NCBI GenBank assembly: GCA_043750125.1
Contig: JAYVCD010000071.1
Span: forward strand, 1-10,316
DNA length: 10,316 bases
Origin: Archangiaceae bacterium
GTDB taxonomy: Bacteria > Myxococcota > Myxococcia > Myxococcales > Myxococcaceae
Reading direction: 5' to 3'
Shown: in pieces, positions 6,694 to 10,316 of the stretch
Numbering within the stretch: the stretch's first letter is position 1
Layout: each line of letters opens with the position of its first letter
Position numbers and translations under genes: made by a program
The notes under the pieces: generated by a model
Database searches by the model: none
What the model was told of the DNA's origin: nothing
The model's input: only the letters and a program-made list of their open reading frames with translations

Positions 6694-8901
6694 TCAGGGG
6701 CCAGCGAAGCGGCAGGAAGCGCCGCCGTCCGGCACCGACGGGCAGCTGAACGAGCCCCCGTCGACGATGAACGAGGCCGGAGGGTACGCAGCCAGACTCT
6801 GGCGCACCGTGAACGCGGTGGGCTCGTTTCGGTTTCGGTCGACCGCCCCGACCTTCACGATGAAGTGCCCCGAGCTCATGAAGCGGCCTTCCATGCAAAA
6901 GCAGCCGAGCGGTTGCGCGGTGAAGACCGTGCTGTTGGTGCCGACGACCCGGGTCCACAGATAGCCCCGGCTCATCTGGCTCTGGCCGTACCAGGGTTGA
7001 AGGGTGTCCGCGCTGTAGGCGATGATCCGCTCGACCGCTCCGCAGCCGCCGTCGGCCTGGTTCGCGGTGGTGCAGAAGCCGATCTCGAGCGCGAGGTCTG
7101 AGGGAGGAGAGCCGGCGTCGTTGTGCCCGATTTCCCACTGCAGGGCCCAGCTGCGATCGGGCGGCGCACTGACCGCGGGCAAGATGAACTCGAACCGGTC
7201 GTAGTCAGTGGGAACGGCGTCGTAGTCCCCCGAAGCCCGAACGCCCTGGCCCTGCTCGACCTTGTTGTTCACCACGCGGCCGTAGCCGTGGGTCAGCACT
7301 CCGCTGACGCCGGGGCCGACGGGAATCGGAAAGCTGGCGTTCTCGGACAGGGTCGAGGAAGCGGTAGCGAAGGGCAGCGAAGCGCGGGCGGTATCGTCGG
7401 GGTCGGCCTCGTAGCTGACGGACAGCGTGTAGTCGCGGTCATCGGCGTAGTCGTTGCCCTCGTCCTGGACGTAGAGGAAATAGCGGGTGGTCGCCCCGTG
7501 GCCCGCCACCGGAATCGTGCCTTCCATGTTTCGCAGGTTGGTGAAGAGCGGGTCTTCGTTGCGTTCAGCCCACAGGCACCAGGGCGGATCCTGGGTGTCG
7601 CAGAGCGTCTCGACCAGGCTCTGGTTTTGAGCGCTGCCCTCGTAGCCTTTGGGGCACACGGTCGAGTTGGTCTTGCAGGCCAGTCGCTTGTCGCTGACGG
7701 TGGCGCCGGCGGTGACCTGGGTGACGACGCGCAGCTGGCGGTCCGAGGCGGGAGCCAGGGGAGCAAAACGCCCGGTCGAGGGGCTGACCGCGAGGCGGTA
7801 ATGCAAGACCCCGGCATTGGCGGTGGCGGCGAGATCGACGGCGAAGATGTCCGGGTCCGGCACGTAGCCCAACCTGCCGACCAGGCTGGTGGAAGCGCCG
7901 TACGCCATCGGCACCACCTTCGGAGCGAGGATCGTGTCGTTGGGCTCGTTGAGATCGAGGTCGTCGAGGAGCTGAACGTCGACGGTGTAGAGCATTCGCA
8001 GGTCGCCCTCGACGGGGACGGTCGAGTTGGGTTCTTTGTAGCCACGGACATCGAGGATGTATTCGCCAGCGCCTCGAGACAGCCGCGCGGTGGCGAGGTC
8101 CACCGGGACGAACTCGTTCAAGGCCCGGCCTTCGGCGATCGAGATGCCAGCCGGATCGTAGAGGGTGTAGGTGATCTTCGAGCGGGCCTGGGGCATCAGC
8201 TTCGGCGCGGCGATGTGGAGGTAGACGACCTTCCGACCCGCGGGCACGACGAACTTGTACTTGTCGATGTCGTCATCGGTCGAGAGCGCGCCTTTGGCCT
8301 GACCGGTGAGAATCGCCCCCGCCGCGGTCAGTGGAATCGCTGTGGGCGTGGTGTCGTTGGGCTCGTTGAGGTCGGGGTTGTCGAAGACGTCGACCCGCAC
8401 CGTGTACCGGTTGCGCACGTCGATGATCGCCCGGCTCGAGGCGCCTTCGTCCGCGAGGATGATCAGCAGCTTCGCGTTCGCTTCGTTGAACGGAAAGATG
8501 ATGTCCACCGGCTTGGGGGGGCCGGCCAGGTGCTTGTCGATCTTCCGGGCCAGGCCGGTGGTGCCGTTTTCTTTGAGCACCGAGACAGCGAGGTTCACCG
8601 GCGTCGCGGGCGCGCCGTAGCCGGCGGTGACGTGAACCAGCGAGCGCGCAGTCAGAGCCGGCAACTTCGCCAGGTACCAGTTCTGGTCCATCGGAACGCT
8701 CAGGTACCCTTCTTTGCCCGCGTCGGCGCCGACCAGAATTTCACACTCGGGAAGACTGAGCGCTTCGTCGCGCGAATTGCAGACATCGGCGGGAGGCCCC
8801 GCGTCACTGCCGCAGTCTTCCTCGTCCGGATTACACGGACGCGGCGCGGGACATGCGCAAAGAAACATCGCCGCAGCGATCAGCAGCCCAGTGGTTTTCA
8901 T
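6694..8901 (-). CDS. Large lipoprotein (735 aa) with about four PPC-like beta-sandwich repeats; resembles myxobacterial cell-cell cohesion protein MtsF
   Basis: Lipobox MFLCA-C. GAGGA lies 5 nt upstream of the second ATG (8901; alternative start 8904). DLNEPNDT occurs twice, followed by G.L...D.D.[YF] motifs (GYLSVPMDQNWY, GALSTDDDIDKY, GRLGYVPDPDIF, DYDRF). It lies directly downstream of a vWA/TSP3 gene. The Mts assignment rests on context and recollection, not an alignment. Confidence 0.85.
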   Translation of the reverse strand: MKTTGLLIAAAMFLCACPAPRPCNPDEEDCGSDAGPPADVCNSRDEALSLPECEILVGADAGKEGYLSVPMDQNWYLAKLPALTARSLVHVTAGYGAPATPVNLAVSVLKENGTTGLARKIDKHLAGPPKPVDIIFPFNEANAKLLIILADEGASSRAIIDVRNRYTVRVDVFDNPDLNEPNDTTPTAIPLTAAGAILTGQAKGALSTDDDIDKYKFVVPAGRKVVYLHIAAPKLMPQARSKITYTLYDPAGISIAEGRALNEFVPVDLATARLSRGAGEYILDVRGYKEPNSTVPVEGDLRMLYTVDVQLLDDLDLNEPNDTILAPKVVPMAYGASTSLVGRLGYVPDPDIFAVDLAATANAGVLHYRLAVSPSTGRFAPLAPASDRQLRVVTQVTAGATVSDKRLACKTNSTVCPKGYEGSAQNQSLVETLCDTQDPPWCLWAERNEDPLFTNLRNMEGTIPVAGHGATTRYFLYVQDEGNDYADDRDYTLSVSYEADPDDTARASLPFATASSTLSENASFPIPVGPGVSGVLTHGYGRVVNNKVEQGQGVRASGDYDAVPTDYDRFEFILPAVSAPPDRSWALQWEIGHNDAGSPPSDLALEIGFCTTANQADGGCGAVERIIAYSADTLQPWYGQSQMSRGYLWTRVVGTNSTVFTAQPLGCFCMEGRFMSSGHFIVKVGAVDRNRNEPTAFTVRQSLAAYPPASFIVDGGSFSCPSVPDGGASCRFAGP
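7934..8370. repeat. 20-bp exact direct repeat (7934-7953 and 8351-8370) marking an intragenic domain duplication
   Basis: GTGTCGTTGGGCTCGTTGAG occurs at both positions, 417 bp (139 codons) apart, and encodes LNEPNDT on the minus strand. Confidence 0.9.
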
Positions 8902-8914
8902 CATTGTCCTCGTC

Positions 8915-10316
8915 TCACGGTCCGGTCTGTTTCAGCCCACAGCCGGCGGTGAAGTCGCCTTCATTGACCCGAATCACCCCGTCGCTGGGAAGCTTGATCC
9001 CCCCGACCGGGTAGCGCGAGGTCCGATATCGGAACGCGCGAATCAGGGTGCGCCCGTTGGGATCATCACCGGGAGTCATCGAGGTGCTGATGAACAGGTC
9101 GTTGTACCCCGCGCCGCGTCGGTAGAGCGCCGCGCCGCCATCGGGGTTGCCCGCGTCGCGCCCGTCGGGCCAGGTGTACGCGAGCGAGATGTTGTCGACG
9201 CTGAAGCTGAAACATTGGCGGCCGCCGTCGTCGACTTCGCCATCGCGCTTCACCAGGTAGCGGTACGCCTGCGCCGTGAGCTTCGAGTTGTCGACGACCT
9301 TGGGGTCCATGTGCATCATCACTTCGTCGCCGGTCTTGAGCCCGTCGTTGTCCGGGTCCTGGCCGAGATCTTTTCCGGACGGCTGCGATTGCATCTGCCA
9401 CTCGACCGCGTCGGGGATCCCGTCGTCGTCGGAATCCATCTTCAGCGAGTTGGTGCCGATGATCTGCTCGTCACAATCGGTCAACCCATCGCAGTCCGAG
9501 TCGACGCCGCGCAGCGCGGGCGGACAGCCGGGATCCAGGCCACCCCCATCGGGCAGCGCCATGCCTCGGGGGTTGAACGAAGCGCCCAGGCGCCGGAAGT
9601 GCTCTTCGACCCCGTCCGAGAAGCCATCGCCATCGGTGTCGGCGACCCAGGGGTTGGTCCCGGCGGCAATCTCGTCGTCGTCCTGCAGCCCGTCGCTGTC
9701 GGTGTCGCCCCCGTCTTCCGGAGAGCCGGGGAGCGCGGAAAAATTGGTCGCCACCAGCTTGTCGAAGACGAAGGTGCGGCGGGTCTGGCCAAACCGGAAG
9801 TTGAGAAAGTTCACCGGCTCGTTGTTGCGGAAGTCCCGGAAGTCCCCCCCACCCAGCTGCGCCATTTTTTCCAACCGTTCGGCGTTCTGGTTGATCTGCA
9901 GCAGCGGGCACGCGCCGGGCGGGAGCAGGGGAATGCCGCAGCTCTGGTTGGTATTGGCCGGAAGCATCACTCCCCCGTCGAGGTTGCAGACGGTCGAGGC
10001 GATCGGCTGGTTGGGCACGAAGACGTGCACGGTGTTGACCCGCACGTCATCGGCGAGATCTTTGAGCTGTCGAATGCGTCGGACGGCGTCACCGCACAGC
10101 AGCTCGTCGTCCTGGTTGTTCGTCGGCTGCCCATCGGAAAGGAAGATCACCGAGTACCGGGCGCGGGTCTCGCCTTCCTTCCCCATCGCCATGATGCGGG
10201 TCTGGGTAATGTCGCGGCTGAGCAACGCGTAGATTTCCGACAGCGGTTTGACGAAGTCGGTCGAGTCGCGGTTCGGCAGGTTCCCCGGCGCGACGTAGTT
10301 GAGCAGCCGCTGGGTG
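8915..10316 (-). CDS. vWA domain plus bacterial thrombospondin type 3 (Ca-binding) repeat protein, MtsD/MtsE-like; 5' end outside the window
   Basis: The frame is open to the window edge (TQRLLNYVAPGNLPNRDSTDFVKPLSEIYALLSRD...). vWA elements STDFVKPL, YSVIFLSDG, VNTVHV and LEKMAQLGGGDF. Five DxDxDG repeats. TGA at 8915-8917. Confidence 0.9.
   Translation of the reverse strand, partial: TQRLLNYVAPGNLPNRDSTDFVKPLSEIYALLSRDITQTRIMAMGKEGETRARYSVIFLSDGQPTNNQDDELLCGDAVRRIRQLKDLADDVRVNTVHVFVPNQPIASTVCNLDGGVMLPANTNQSCGIPLLPPGACPLLQINQNAERLEKMAQLGGGDFRDFRNNEPVNFLNFRFGQTRRTFVFDKLVATNFSALPGSPEDGGDTDSDGLQDDDEIAAGTNPWVADTDGDGFSDGVEEHFRRLGASFNPRGMALPDGGGLDPGCPPALRGVDSDCDGLTDCDEQIIGTNSLKMDSDDDGIPDAVEWQMQSQPSGKDLGQDPDNDGLKTGDEVMMHMDPKVVDNSKLTAQAYRYLVKRDGEVDDGGRQCFSFSVDNISLAYTWPDGRDAGNPDGGAALYRRGAGYNDLFISTSMTPGDDPNGRTLIRAFRYRTSRYPVGGIKLPSDGVIRVNEGDFTAGCGLKQTGP
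9323..9706 (-). repeat. Five TSP3-like calcium-binding peptide repeats
   Basis: DTDSDGLQDDDE, DTDGDGFSDGVE, DSDCDGLTDCDE, DSDDDGIPDAVE and DPDNDGLKTGDE, several followed by GT[N/D]P-like linkers. Confidence 0.9.

Noticed and set aside
7123-8952. 609-aa plus-strand ORF, and similar long antisense ORFs (893-2008, 3973-4818, 4833-5555, 9276-10232)
   Set aside because: Shadow ORFs expected opposite GC3-rich genes. They show no motifs or signals and fully overlap well-supported genes.
1-10316. tRNA, rRNA, riboswitch, or defence/toxin system genes
   Set aside because: There is almost no non-coding space and I saw no recognisable RNA structures or nuclease, RT or toxin motifs. A covariance-model search was not possible.

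Overview
GC-rich bacterial DNA, most likely Myxococcota (inferred from the Cys-rich and D[AG]G-rich lipoproteins and the vWA/TSP3 cohesion-type genes). The window is very gene-dense and envelope-focused. Left to right: (1) one terminus of a probable IS21-family element (1-86). It abuts a doubly damaged gene for a peptidoglycan-binding domain plus GH73 glucosaminidase (87-676; frame break near 283). (2) Two minus-strand lipoprotein genes (683-1195, 1202-2572). (3) A plus-strand three-gene operon: a Tat-lipoprotein of the gluconate 2-dehydrogenase subunit-3 family, a GMC flavoprotein lacking the canonical catalytic His/Asn, and an M23-fold lipoprotein that has lost all zinc ligands. (4) Two small lipoprotein genes overlapping head-to-head around 6218-6237. 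(5) The 3' end of a minus-strand Mts-like cohesion locus: a vWA + TSP3-repeat protein (5'-truncated by the window) and a lipoprotein with repeated PPC-like domains. Seven genes carry a lipobox. The putative surface proteins share a strongly enriched D-[A/G]-G tripeptide, and most end in Pro.
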